In this document: positions 1 through 9,016 of the stretch, piece after piece
How the letters are laid out: every line of letters begins with the position of its first letter
Numbering within the stretch: the stretch's first letter is position 1
Origin: a virus
Lineage: Duplodnaviria; Heunggongvirae; Uroviricota; Caudoviricetes
Length of the DNA: 36,312 nt
Virus record (IMG/VR): IMGVR_UViG_2579778938_000006
Strand: one strand, 5' to 3'
The notes under the pieces: model-generated
What the model was told of the DNA's origin: nothing
Databases searched by the model: none
What the model saw: only the letters and a program-made list of their open reading frames with translations
Made by a program: the position numbers and the translations under genes

Positions 1-756
1 TTACGGGGTAATGCCAACCGCTGCCGCCACTTTGTCGCCACTAGTGCTTTGTTTTTCGAATTCATCTAAGGCTCTTTCAACATCAGAAAGATACTCTTTG
101 AATGAGTTCAAGATCATGCTTAACGAGCCCCCCATAAATAGGACCTGTTTTCCATCTTTTTTAAAAAAATCAGGATATTTTTCTATAAGTTCAATAATGC
201 TTTTAATATTTTGCCCGTCGTTTTCTAAGTATTTTGCATCATTATGCGCACAACTGTTTCTTAATTTTGTTATTTTTTTGATATTCGAATAGTGGGATGT
301 TGACTTCATCCCTATCATTTTTTTGATAAATAGATGGCTCCTCTCAAATCCACTTCCTTTGAGATCTGAAACATTTATAGGAGAATGATGTCTATTAGCA
401 AAGTTGTTACAGAATTTTTCTATTTCGTGTTCAAAAATTCCGAATATAGTTAAGAATACTGACCTGCGGATAATACTTGGGTAGTATTCTAAAAACATTT
501 CATCGAGATCTAGCGATGAGCTGGTGAGTCCCATGTAATGATCAATTGACTGGTATACACCATCTTCCGGAGATATTTCAATTATATATTCTTCAGGTCC
601 TTTGTCTTTATATTCTGCTATGCCCTTAGCGATTGATGATTCGCTATGAGTGATTAACGTCTCGATAATATCAAATGTTAAAGAGAAGTCGAATATTGGT
701 AATTGAAACAAAAACTTAACCATGCTTGAGCCTTTAAGAATCTGATTTAGTAACAT
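1..756 (-). CDS. Hypothetical cargo protein (~240-251 aa) with RNxxAH (HEPN-like) motif; candidate Abi/defence or toxin protein
   Basis: AT-rich ORF downstream of int on the same strand; alternative start at 723 (MVKF...) has an AAAGG Shine-Dalgarno and avoids the overlap with int; contains LRNSCAHN; last codons cross the attL core. Confidence 0.55.
   Translation of the reverse strand: MLLNQILKGSSMVKFLFQLPIFDFSLTFDIIETLITHSESSIAKGIAEYKDKGPEEYIIEISPEDGVYQSIDHYMGLTSSSLDLDEMFLEYYPSIIRRSVFLTIFGIFEHEIEKFCNNFANRHHSPINVSDLKGSGFERSHLFIKKMIGMKSTSHYSNIKKITKLRNSCAHNDAKYLENDGQNIKSIIELIEKYPDFFKKDGKQVLFMGGSLSMILNSFKEYLSDVERALDEFEKQSTSGDKVAAAVGITP
19..40. repeat. attL: attL core candidate (cgctgccgccactttgtcgcca)
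   Basis: Matches 33458..33479 at 21 of 22 positions; lies just beyond the 3' end of int as in P2-like prophages. Confidence 0.6.
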
Positions 757-1765
757 CCAAAGTTGCTAGTGGATTGAAACGAAGAGCTGTCTCTAAGTGA
801 TCAGGTGATAGATGAGCATAACGCATAGTCATTTTTATGTCGTGATGTCCGAGGATTTTTTGCAAAGCAAGGATGTTTCCACCCGACATCATGAAATGCG
901 CCGCAAACGTATGGCGCAGAACGTGTGTCAGTTGACCGCGAGGGAGTACGATAGACGTTTTTTCCATCACAGATAAAAATTGAAAATAGCAGTCTGTGAA
1001 GAAATTGAACCCATCAAGCGCCATGATCTCTTCGTAAAGGTCTTTACTGATAGGGATGCTTCTGTTTTTCTTCCCTTTCGTTCTTACAAAGGTAATTCGG
1101 TATTTGGTTACCTGTGAGCGGGTAAGATTTACGGCTTCACGCCAGCGTGCGCCTGTGCTTAAGCATATCTTAACTACCAGTGCCAGTATTGGGTCCTGAC
1201 GTTTGCAATCAGCCAGCAATTCAACAATCTGCTCATGAGTAAGCCATGCCATCTCCTTTTCTGCGATGGTGAATTTTCGCATGTTCTCCAGTGGGTTCGG
1301 ATACGACCATTCGCCAAGGCGGGATAGTTCGCTAAAAACACTACTTAGATAGCTTTGCTCCAGGTTAATGGTGACCGGGCTTGCTCCTTTCTTCCATTTC
1401 TCGCTGAAGTAGATCTCGCCTGTCAGGCGTTTATCTCGATAGTGGGCAAACATTTTAGAGGTGAGATCAGTTGCAAGGGGATTGCCCAGAGCGTCAACCA
1501 TCAGCAGCAATTTGTCATAGACATGCTGCCCAGCAGTCAGTGATTTACCATGTAGTTTGAACCATAGCTCAACCACGTCTTTCAGTGTTCGACGATCCAC
1601 TGATTCACCTAGCCAGGGCTTTGCTTCGGTTTCTTCCATCGTGTGACGCTCAAAAGCCAGTGCTTCGCCTTTGGTGGCGAATTGTTTACGCACACGACGC
1701 CCACTACGTCCGGCGGGGTAACATTCGCAAAGCCATTTTCCTGTGGTGAGTTTTCGTACAGCCAT
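734..1765 (-). CDS. int: Tyrosine integrase (P2/186 Int family)
   Basis: Translation has conserved tyrosine-recombinase blocks (LSTGARWREA, HVLRHTFAAHFM, ILGHHDIKMTMRYAHL); likely start MAVRKLTTGKW at 1765 rather than the upstream ATG at 1921. Confidence 0.9.
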   Translation of the reverse strand: MAVRKLTTGKWLCECYPAGRSGRRVRKQFATKGEALAFERHTMEETEAKPWLGESVDRRTLKDVVELWFKLHGKSLTAGQHVYDKLLLMVDALGNPLATDLTSKMFAHYRDKRLTGEIYFSEKWKKGASPVTINLEQSYLSSVFSELSRLGEWSYPNPLENMRKFTIAEKEMAWLTHEQIVELLADCKRQDPILALVVKICLSTGARWREAVNLTRSQVTKYRITFVRTKGKKNRSIPISKDLYEEIMALDGFNFFTDCYFQFLSVMEKTSIVLPRGQLTHVLRHTFAAHFMMSGGNILALQKILGHHDIKMTMRYAHLSPDHLETALRFNPLATLDVTKSDS

Positions 1766-1953
1766 AAAAAATGCCCTCCAATAGAGAGCATTTTTACTGT
1801 ATGCATAACCAGTGTCAATGTATGAAATCCTACGACCATACATCTCACTGAAGCCATAATTAAGTTGGCTATTCTTTTTGCTATGTGAGCATGTAATTTT
1901 TGCGTTTAACCTGCGGCTCATTTTTATTTTAGGCGCAGATATAAAAGCAAAAG

Positions 1954-2145
1954 TTATCGTGAGTTTTTAGTACAGATTTTTTTGGATTTACTAATAGTTC
2001 CATCATTGCAAACGAATTTGCCATCTGAGGTACAGTGAGAAACACCTCCCTTTTTCCCTGAACAGGGATAATTTCTAGCATAGGTAGTTAGTGGGTTTAA
2101 TAACAAAGAACATGACAAAACCACAAAAAATACCTTACCAAGCAT
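1954..2145 (-). CDS. Small (63 aa) predicted secreted, lysine-rich, 4-Cys peptide in the cI-int operon
   Basis: Strong SD (GGAGGA) 5 nt upstream of ATG, 16 bp after the cI stop; N-terminal hydrophobic signal-like segment [23 protein letters not shown]; AT-rich. Confidence 0.5.
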   Translation of the reverse strand: MLGKVFFVVLSCSLLLNPLTTYARNYPCSGKKGGVSHCTSDGKFVCNDGTISKSKKICTKNSR

Positions 2146-2160
2146 AGTTTCCTCCCGGTA

Positions 2161-2736
2161 CTATTTAACATACTTGACTGTTAAACTTATAATTTTACCA
2201 ATTATTTCAATGTCTTCTATCTTGCATTCGAAGGCTCTGTTTCCACCCTCGACGAAGATTCTTCCACCGGGTAAACGAGTAATGTCACGGATCGTTATTT
2301 CGCCATCAATACTTATTACCCATTTACCATCACGTATATCATCAAATTCCTTATCACAAATAAATTCAGAATTATTATCTGTGATTACAAAAAGATTCTT
2401 GAATACCGACGGTAGAAATTCCCTATCGAAAATATAAAAACCGTCTTCACACAAGGCCCCATCAGATAATACATATTTAGCAACTTCCATAGTATTTGTA
2501 TTACCTGAAGTTTGCTTTGAACCATGCCCGGTTGTGAGCCAATTAAGCGAGGTGCCCGTTTCAAGGGCGCACTGGATTACCCATTCTGCGGGGAATGAGT
2601 CACGCATGTAGCGTGTGGCGAGTGTACTTTTAGAGATTCCTAAATGATCGCACAACGCCTGTCGAGTCTTGAATCCATAAGCTTCTACCATGCGCTCTAT
2701 AGCGCCTCGTCCGCCTTTCTCCAAATTCATGGTCAC
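2161..2736 (-). CDS. cI: CI-type immunity repressor (186 CI-like, 191 aa, N-terminal HTH)
   Basis: Position immediately upstream of int on the same strand and divergent from apl/cII; HTH-like segment LCDHLGISKSTLATRYMR; size matches 186 CI rather than the ~100 aa P2 C. Confidence 0.8.
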   Translation of the reverse strand: MTMNLEKGGRGAIERMVEAYGFKTRQALCDHLGISKSTLATRYMRDSFPAEWVIQCALETGTSLNWLTTGHGSKQTSGNTNTMEVAKYVLSDGALCEDGFYIFDREFLPSVFKNLFVITDNNSEFICDKEFDDIRDGKWVISIDGEITIRDITRLPGGRIFVEGGNRAFECKIEDIEIIGKIISLTVKYVK

Positions 2737-2754
2737 TCCAAGTGAACTTTTGTC

Positions 2755-2783
2755 TTGACGATTTCACTGTGCGATCGTATGTT
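2755..2783 (+). promoter_or_regulatory. Candidate rightward lytic promoter (pR-like): -35 TTGACG, 17-nt spacer, -10 TATGTT
   Basis: Sigma70-like hexamers in the cI/apl switch region upstream of apl. Confidence 0.35.
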
Positions 2784-2855
2784 TATGGTGTTCACAAAAT
2801 ACAAACGATCCGTATTCGTCCTGATTAATCATCATTAAACGAGGAATGTTGCATC

Positions 2856-3077
2856 ATGAGACCTAACATTTCAATCACTCTTACCACGCCTCATGTGACT
2901 ATTGAACGCTATAGCGAGCTGACAGGGCTGTCCATCGATACTATCAATGACATGTTGGCTGATGGACGCCTTATCCGTCACCGTTTGCGCAAAGATAAAA
3001 AACGCGAAAAAGTGATGATCAACATAGCAGCCATGACCGTTGATGCGCTTTCAGAATGCAATCTAAACCTTAATTAG
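2856..3077 (+). CDS. apl: Apl/Cox-like excisionase-transcriptional regulator (73 aa)
   Basis: First gene of the rightward early operon facing cI; small basic protein; positional equivalent of 186 Apl / P2 Cox. Confidence 0.6.
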   Translation: MRPNISITLTTPHVTIERYSELTGLSIDTINDMLADGRLIRHRLRKDKKREKVMINIAAMTVDALSECNLNLN

Positions 3078-3103
3078 TTCGATTCTGAAATACATCAGAG
3101 GCA

Positions 3104-3619
3104 TTGACCATGTTTGATTACCAAGTTTCCAAACATCCACATTTTGATGAAGCCTGTCGTGCATTCGCACTGCGCCACAATCTGGTGCAACTGGCAGAAC
3201 GTGCAGGTATGAATGTGCAGATTCTGCGGAACAAACTGAACCCAGCTCAACCTCATTTATTAACCGCACCAGAAATCTGGCTGCTTACCGATCTGACTGA
3301 AGATTCAACGCTGGTAGATGGTTTTCTGGCACAGATTCATTGTCTGCCATGTGTACCGATTAATGAGGTGGCAAAAGAGAAACTGCCACATTACGTCATG
3401 AGTGCAACCGCAGAGATCGGGCGTGTTGCTGCAGGTGCGGTGTCTGGCGATGTAAAAACCTGTGCCGGTCGTCGTGATGCTATCAGCAGCATTAACTCTG
3501 TAACACGACTGATGGCGCTGGCGGCTGTTTCATTGCAGGCCCGTTTACAGGCTAATCCTGCGATGGCGAGTGCAGTTGATACCGTGACTGGCCTCGGTGC
3601 TTCATTTGGTTTGCTGTGA
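3104..3619 (+). CDS. cII: CII-like lysogeny-establishment activator (171 aa)
   Basis: Second gene of the early operon; size and position as 186 CII. Confidence 0.6.
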   Translation: MTMFDYQVSKHPHFDEACRAFALRHNLVQLAERAGMNVQILRNKLNPAQPHLLTAPEIWLLTDLTEDSTLVDGFLAQIHCLPCVPINEVAKEKLPHYVMSATAEIGRVAAGAVSGDVKTCAGRRDAISSINSVTRLMALAAVSLQARLQANPAMASAVDTVTGLGASFGLL

Positions 3620-3626
3620 GGTGCTT

Positions 3627-3827
3627 ATGCTGACGAAAGAACCATCATTTGCATCGCTGCTGGTTAAACAAAGCCCGGCAATGCATTACGGTCACGGCTG
3701 GATCATGGGGGAGGATGGTAAACGCTGGCATCCGTGCCGTTCACAAGATGAATTGCTGGCAGAACTATCTACGAAAAAACGGGGGAACAAATGGCTATTG
3801 AAGGCGCTGCGGCGACTGTTCCATTAA
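3627..3827 (+). CDS. Hypothetical early protein (position of 186 fil)
   Basis: ORF with GAGGTG SD; start taken at internal ATG 3627 after the cII stop. Confidence 0.4.
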   Translation: MLTKEPSFASLLVKQSPAMHYGHGWIMGEDGKRWHPCRSQDELLAELSTKKRGNKWLLKALRRLFH

Positions 3828-4132
3828 GCCCCGGTGAACGCCTGAATGGACTTAATCACATAGCGGAATTAAGGGCGAAAGTTTTTGGCCTGAATATTGA
3901 GTCAGAGCTTGAGCGGTTTATTAAAGATATGCGTGATCCACGGGATATCAATAACGAACAAAATAAACGAGCACTGGCAGCCATATTCTTTATGGCAAAA
4001 ATTCCGGCTGAACGTCATAGCATCAGCATCAATGAGCTGACCACTGACGAAAAGCGGGAGTTGATTAAAGCAATGAATCATTTTCGTGCAGTGGTGAGCT
4101 TATTTCCCAGACGGCTAACCATGCCGAATTAA
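3791..4132 (+). CDS. Hypothetical early protein (113 aa)
   Basis: ORF with GGGGGAA SD in the early operon. Confidence 0.45.
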   Translation: MAIEGAAATVPLSPGERLNGLNHIAELRAKVFGLNIESELERFIKDMRDPRDINNEQNKRALAAIFFMAKIPAERHSISINELTTDEKRELIKAMNHFRAVVSLFPRRLTMPN

Positions 4133-4199
4133 CCAACTAATGAAATTAATGGCGTAAACCCGCCGAGCATCCCTTTATCTAAATTCAGGAGAATTGATT

Positions 4200-4433
4200 A
4201 TGCGTAATATTGAAATCCTCACGACTAAAACCGGACCGGATGATGCTGGGCTTAATATTTTACTGACAGAGGCTCGTCTGGAAGAACGCCGGGCAAGGGC
4301 TGAAGCAATGGCAGCTCGCCTTGATAGCCTGGCGTGTCATATCTCATCCCGTCAGCTAAACCACGTGGAAGCGGCAGAACTGCTGCGTGTGACTGCTGAA
4401 GCAATCCAGAACGAAGCGCAGGAGATCCACTAA
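4200..4433 (+). CDS. Hypothetical early protein (77 aa)
   Basis: AGGAG SD upstream; ATG at 4200. Confidence 0.45.
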   Translation: MRNIEILTTKTGPDDAGLNILLTEARLEERRARAEAMAARLDSLACHISSRQLNHVEAAELLRVTAEAIQNEAQEIH

Positions 4434-4660
4434 TGGCTGATGCAATGGATCTCGTACAGCAGCGCGTTGAAGAAGAACGCCAGCGCCATATCCGTGCTGC
4501 CCGTGCCAAAACACCGGGCGTGTCTCGCGTGCTTTGCATTGAGTGTGAAGCGCCAATTCCGCCAGCACGCCGCCGTGCCATTCCGGGTGTGCAGCTTTGC
4601 ATTACCTGCCAGGAAATTGCAGAGCTGAAAGGCAAACATTACAACGGAGGTGCTGTATGA
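4433..4660 (+). CDS. TraR/DksA-family C4 zinc-finger protein
   Basis: CIECEAPIP...(17 aa)...CITCQ pattern; P2 orf82-like position upstream of the replication gene. Confidence 0.7.
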   Translation: MADAMDLVQQRVEEERQRHIRAARAKTPGVSRVLCIECEAPIPPARRRAIPGVQLCITCQEIAELKGKHYNGGAV

Positions 4661-5514
4661 GCACCATCCTGAAATGGGCGGGAAATAAAATCGCCATTAT
4701 GTCCGAACTGAAAAAACACCTTCCTGCTGGCCCGCGACTGGTTGAACCTTTCGCGGGTTCCTGTGCTGTGATGATGGAGACGGATTACCCCAGCTATCTT
4801 GTTGCGGATATTAATCCTGATTTAATCAACCTCTATAAAAAGGTTGCTGCTGATTGCGAGGCGTTTATATCTCGTGCCAGAGCTTTATTTGAGGAAGCAA
4901 ACAGGGAGGTGGCTTATTACAACATAAGGCAGGAGTTTAATTACTCCACTGAAATTACTGATTTCATGAAAGCGGTATATTTCCTGTATCTCAATCGTCA
5001 TGGTTACCGTGGATTATGTCGCTATAACAAGAGCGGGCATTTCAACATTCCGAACGGTAATTATAAAAATCCGTATTTCCCTGAAAAAGAAATTCGCGCA
5101 TTTGCAGAGAAAGCCCAGCGTGCAACGTTTATCTGCGCAAGCTTTGATGAAACGCTGGCGATGCTGCAGGTGGGGGATGTGGTGTATTGCGATCCGCCGT
5201 ATGACGGTACGTTTTCCGGCTATCACACTGATGGCTTCACTGAAGATGACCAGTATCACCTGGCATCCGTTCTTGAACATCGATCATCTGAAGGTCATCC
5301 GGTCATTGTTTCTAACAGTGACACATCCCTGATTCGTTCGCTGTATCGCAATTTCACTCACCACTACATCAAGGCAAAACGCAGCATCGGCGTGTCGGCT
5401 GGCGAGAGTAAATCTGCAACAGAAATCATTGCTGTTTCCGGGGCGCGCTGCTGGGTGGGATTTGATCCTTCGCGTGGCGTGGATAGTTCTGCCATGTACG
5501 GAGTGCGTGCATGA
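4657..5514 (+). CDS. dam: DNA adenine (N6) methyltransferase, Dam family
   Basis: Motif I FAGSCAV and catalytic DPPY; N-terminal WAGNK; ATGA overlap with the upstream gene. Confidence 0.85.
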   Translation: MSTILKWAGNKIAIMSELKKHLPAGPRLVEPFAGSCAVMMETDYPSYLVADINPDLINLYKKVAADCEAFISRARALFEEANREVAYYNIRQEFNYSTEITDFMKAVYFLYLNRHGYRGLCRYNKSGHFNIPNGNYKNPYFPEKEIRAFAEKAQRATFICASFDETLAMLQVGDVVYCDPPYDGTFSGYHTDGFTEDDQYHLASVLEHRSSEGHPVIVSNSDTSLIRSLYRNFTHHYIKAKRSIGVSAGESKSATEIIAVSGARCWVGFDPSRGVDSSAMYGVRA

Positions 5515-7925
5515 GCCATGATGATATGAACAACTGCAGCGGCTTTAACGAGGTCGCCGCAGCATTCTCATGGAACAGCCCGAAAAAGGCTATTAACCCT
5601 TATCTGGACCCGGCGGAAGTTGCGCCGGTTTCTGCGCTTTCAAACCTGATCACTCTGTACGCTGCCGATAACGAGCAGGAACAACTGCGCCGCGAGGCAC
5701 TGAGTGATCAGGTCTGGGAGCGTTATTTCTTTAATGAATCCCGTGATCCTGTCCAACGCGAAATGGAGCAGGATAAGCTCATTAGCCGGGCAAAGCTGGC
5801 GCATGAGCAGCAGCGTTTTAACCCGGACATGGTCATTCTGGCAGACGTTAACGCCCAGCCTTCCCATATCAGCAAGCCGCTGATGCAACGTATTGAATAC
5901 TTCAGCAGTCTGGGCAGGCCAAAGGCTTATTCCCGCTATTTGCGTGAGACGATTAAGCCATGTCTGGAACGACTGGAGCATGTACGCGACAGTCAGCTAT
6001 CCACTTCTTTTCGCTTTATGGCAAGCCATGAAGGGCTGGACGGCCTGCTGATCCTGCCTGAAATGAGTCAGGAGCAGGTGAAACGCTTGTCTACCCTTGT
6101 CGCTGCGCATATGAGCATGTGCCTTGATGCAGCTTGTGGCGATTTGTATGTCACCGATGACGTTAAGCCAGAAGAAATCCGCAAGACATGGGAAAAGGTG
6201 GCAGCGGAAACCCTGCGTCTGGATGTCATCCCGCCTGCGTTTGATCAACTCCGCCGGAAAAGAAACCGCCGTAAACCCGTGCCCTATGAACTCATTCCGG
6301 GTTCGCTGGCGCGTATGTTGTGCGCCGACTGGTGGTATCGGAAATTATGGAAGATGCGTTGCGAATGGCGGGAAGAGCAGTTGCGCGCTGTCTGCCTGGT
6401 CAGCAAAAAAGCATCTCCTTATGTCAGCTATGAAGCCGTGATGCATAAACGTGAGCAGCGCCGTAAGTCGCTGGAGTTTTTCCGTTCTCATGAACTGGTG
6501 AACGAAGACGGCGACACGCTGGACATGGAGGATGTGGTAAACGCCAGCAGCAGCAACCCTGCGCATCGCCGCAATGAGATGATGGCCTGTGTTAAAGGTC
6601 TGGAGCTTATCGCGGAAATGCGCGGTGACTGCGCCGTTTTCTACACCATCACCTGTCCGTCACGTTTCCATTCCACGCTAAATAACGGCAGGCCCAACCC
6701 GACCTGGACAAATGCGACGGTAAGACAAAGCAGTGATTATCTGGTCGGCATGTTTGCTGCATTTCGTAAGGCGATGCACAAAGCCGGATTGCGCTGGTAT
6801 GGCGTGCGGGTGGCTGAGCCGCATCATGACGGTACAGTTCACTGGCACCTGTTGTGTTTTATGCGCAAAAAAGATCGCCGCGCCATTACTGCTTTGTTGC
6901 GTAAGTTTGCCATTCGTGAAGACCGCGAGGAGCTGGGTAATAACACAGGACCACGCTTTAAGTCTGAGCTGATAAACCCGCGCAAAGGTACGCCAACAAG
7001 CTACATCGCGAAATACATCAGTAAGAACATTGACGGGCGTGGTCTGGCTGGCGAGATCAGCAAGGAAACGGGTAAATCCCTGCGTGATAACGCTGAATAC
7101 GTTAATGCCTGGGCGTCTCTGCATCGTGTTCAGCAATTCCGCTTCTTTGGTATTCCAGGGCGTCAGGCTTACCGTGAACTGCGGTTGTTGGCTGGTCAGG
7201 CGGCAAGGCAGCAGGGTGACAAAAAAGCAGGTGCGCCGGTACTGGATAACCCGCGCCTTGATGCCATCCTGGCTGCTGCTGATGCTGGCTGTTTTGCCAC
7301 CTACATTATGAGGCAGGGCGGCGTGCTGGTTCCTCGCAAATATCACTTGATCAGAACCGCTTATGAAATCAATGAAGAGCCGACCGCCTATGGCGATCAC
7401 GGTATTCGTATTTATGGCATCTGGTCACCCATTGCAGAGGGCAAGATCTGCACTCATGCAGTGAAGTGGAAAATGGTTCGTAAAGCCGTTGACGTTCAGG
7501 AGGCGGCAGCCGACCAGGGCGCTTGCGCCCCTTGGACTCGTGGCAATAACTGTCCCCTTGCTGAAAATTTGTACCAACAAGGGAAAGACAAATCAGCTGA
7601 TGGGGATACCAGAACGGATATCACCCGTATGGATGACAAGGAGTTGCACGATTACCTGCACAGTATGAACAAAAAAGAACGCCGGGAACTGGCTGCAAGG
7701 TTACGCCTGGTGAAACCGAAACGGCGTAGAGACTACAAACAGCGAATTACAGACCATCAACGACAGCAGCTCGTCTATGAACTGAAGTCCAGAGGATTTG
7801 ATGGCAGCGAGAAAGAGGTCGATTTACTCCTTCGCGGCGGCAGTATTCCGTCAGGAGCAGGCCTGCGTATCTTCTATCGGAACCAGCGTTTGCAGGAAGA
7901 TGATAAGTGGCGGGATCTGTATTAA
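5511..7925 (+). CDS. A: Replication initiation protein A (rolling-circle HUH endonuclease, P2 gpA family)
   Basis: 804-aa protein with HUH-like VHWHLL and tyrosine block [10 protein letters not shown]; position after the early regulators. Confidence 0.85.
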   Translation: MSHDDMNNCSGFNEVAAAFSWNSPKKAINPYLDPAEVAPVSALSNLITLYAADNEQEQLRREALSDQVWERYFFNESRDPVQREMEQDKLISRAKLAHEQQRFNPDMVILADVNAQPSHISKPLMQRIEYFSSLGRPKAYSRYLRETIKPCLERLEHVRDSQLSTSFRFMASHEGLDGLLILPEMSQEQVKRLSTLVAAHMSMCLDAACGDLYVTDDVKPEEIRKTWEKVAAETLRLDVIPPAFDQLRRKRNRRKPVPYELIPGSLARMLCADWWYRKLWKMRCEWREEQLRAVCLVSKKASPYVSYEAVMHKREQRRKSLEFFRSHELVNEDGDTLDMEDVVNASSSNPAHRRNEMMACVKGLELIAEMRGDCAVFYTITCPSRFHSTLNNGRPNPTWTNATVRQSSDYLVGMFAAFRKAMHKAGLRWYGVRVAEPHHDGTVHWHLLCFMRKKDRRAITALLRKFAIREDREELGNNTGPRFKSELINPRKGTPTSYIAKYISKNIDGRGLAGEISKETGKSLRDNAEYVNAWASLHRVQQFRFFGIPGRQAYRELRLLAGQAARQQGDKKAGAPVLDNPRLDAILAAADAGCFATYIMRQGGVLVPRKYHLIRTAYEINEEPTAYGDHGIRIYGIWSPIAEGKICTHAVKWKMVRKAVDVQEAAADQGACAPWTRGNNCPLAENLYQQGKDKSADGDTRTDITRMDDKELHDYLHSMNKKERRELAARLRLVKPKRRRDYKQRITDHQRQQLVYELKSRGFDGSEKEVDLLLRGGSIPSGAGLRIFYRNQRLQEDDKWRDLY

Positions 7926-8017
7926 TTACGCGGGTTAACAATTCGTGCTCTTAATAATACCAGGCATATCAGGCTGATGAACGTAAAAAAACGTTTTACA
8001 TCAGTAAGATTATTATA

Positions 8018-8037
8018 TACTGTAAATATAAACAGTG
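8018..8037 (+). promoter_or_regulatory. LexA (SOS) box TACTGTAAATATAAACAGTG overlapping a candidate promoter (-35 TTTACA 7995..8000)
   Basis: CTGT-N8-ACAG with AT-rich spacer, about 40 bp upstream of the tum-like start. Confidence 0.75.
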
Positions 8038-8078
8038 GTTATGTGTACAGTATTGCTTGTGGTGTCATAGGAGGAAAA

Positions 8079-8267
8079 ATGCAGGACTATTTTTTGGAGT
8101 CTTTGAAGCTCCAGCGCATTGATTTTTTTCTTAAGCTTGTAGCGGCTAGTGAGTGTAGTGATGAAGAGAAGGGGCTGGCTCTGCAGTGGGTTTCTGAATT
8201 GACTGATGAACTCATGGCAAAAATCAGAAGCCACGAATACAACCGCTCAATGGATGTCATCAGCTGA
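8079..8267 (+). CDS. tum: Tum-like SOS-inducible small protein (candidate antirepressor N-terminal module, 62 aa)
   Basis: AGGAGGA SD; directly downstream of the LexA box; position of 186 tum. Confidence 0.45.
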   Translation: MQDYFLESLKLQRIDFFLKLVAASECSDEEKGLALQWVSELTDELMAKIRSHEYNRSMDVIS

Positions 8268-8277
8268 GGTGACTTTT

Positions 8278-8511
8278 ATGCGCATTGAAATAATGATCGA
8301 TAAAGAGCAGAAAATTAGCCAGTCTACCCTGGACGCCCTTGAATCCGAGCTTTACCGCAATCTGCGCCCCCTGTATCCCAAAACGGTAATTCGTATCCGC
8401 AAAGGTAGCTCTAACGGTGTGGAACTGACCGGACTGCAACTGGACGAAGAAAGAAAACAAGTGATGAAAATTATGCAGAAGGTGTGGGAAGACGACAGCT
8501 GGCTGCATTAA
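8278..8511 (+). CDS. DinI-family protein (77 aa)
   Basis: Translation MRIEIMIDK...LDALESEL...IRIRKG...ERKQVMKIMQKVWEDDSW aligns by eye with E. coli DinI (MRIEVTIAK...IDALAGEL...KQRISEILQETWESADDW). Confidence 0.75.
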   Translation: MRIEIMIDKEQKISQSTLDALESELYRNLRPLYPKTVIRIRKGSSNGVELTGLQLDEERKQVMKIMQKVWEDDSWLH

Positions 8512-9016
8512 GAAACGTTGCTGGCGTCTGAACTTGCTTCTGGCGTCAGCAAGGTTGAATAACGAGCTGTGCGAGGCGTTAGCCATCTGATCAAAAGACA
8601 TCAAATATCATATTGTATATCGTGGTCAAACGCTGGAAACAATCATTCCCGGTCAGAGGGGCTTCTTTCAATGTCTAAAAGAGTGAGATAGAGGATACAG
8701 GATGGGAAGAGCTTATGATGATTGTTCTTGGATTGACTTGGAATATTTGATGTCCATTATCTAATGGACTTGGTCTTGATAGTTATCACGAAAGAGGAAG
8801 CCAACGTCATGTATTTGAAGAGTATCTCTTACCTTTTGATTAATTATTGTCCAAGTTTTTCAAAAGCTTCTTATCTGGCGGTCGATACATGATTTACTGT
8901 TGGATATGGTATTTAAAATTAATCTTTACACTGTGGTATATGCAGAATAGGATATTATCAATACAATCAAACTGTTTTCATACGGTTGTTAATATTGCAA
9001 TGTTATAGGTAATGTC

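Noticed and set aside
6678-7400. 240-aa ORF on the minus strand inside replication gene A (also 5640..5981 and 5997..6248 antisense ORFs)
   Set aside because: Fully embedded antisense in a GC-rich, well-supported gene; no SD or recognisable motifs; typical spurious high-GC antisense ORFs.
8512-8580. Hairpin CTTGCT-tctggcgtc-AGCAAG after the DinI-like gene as a terminator
   Set aside because: Only a 6-bp stem with no following T-run; too weak to call.
8260-8604. 114-aa minus-strand ORF overlapping the DinI-like gene
   Set aside because: Overlaps the well-supported DinI-family ORF in antisense; no SD.
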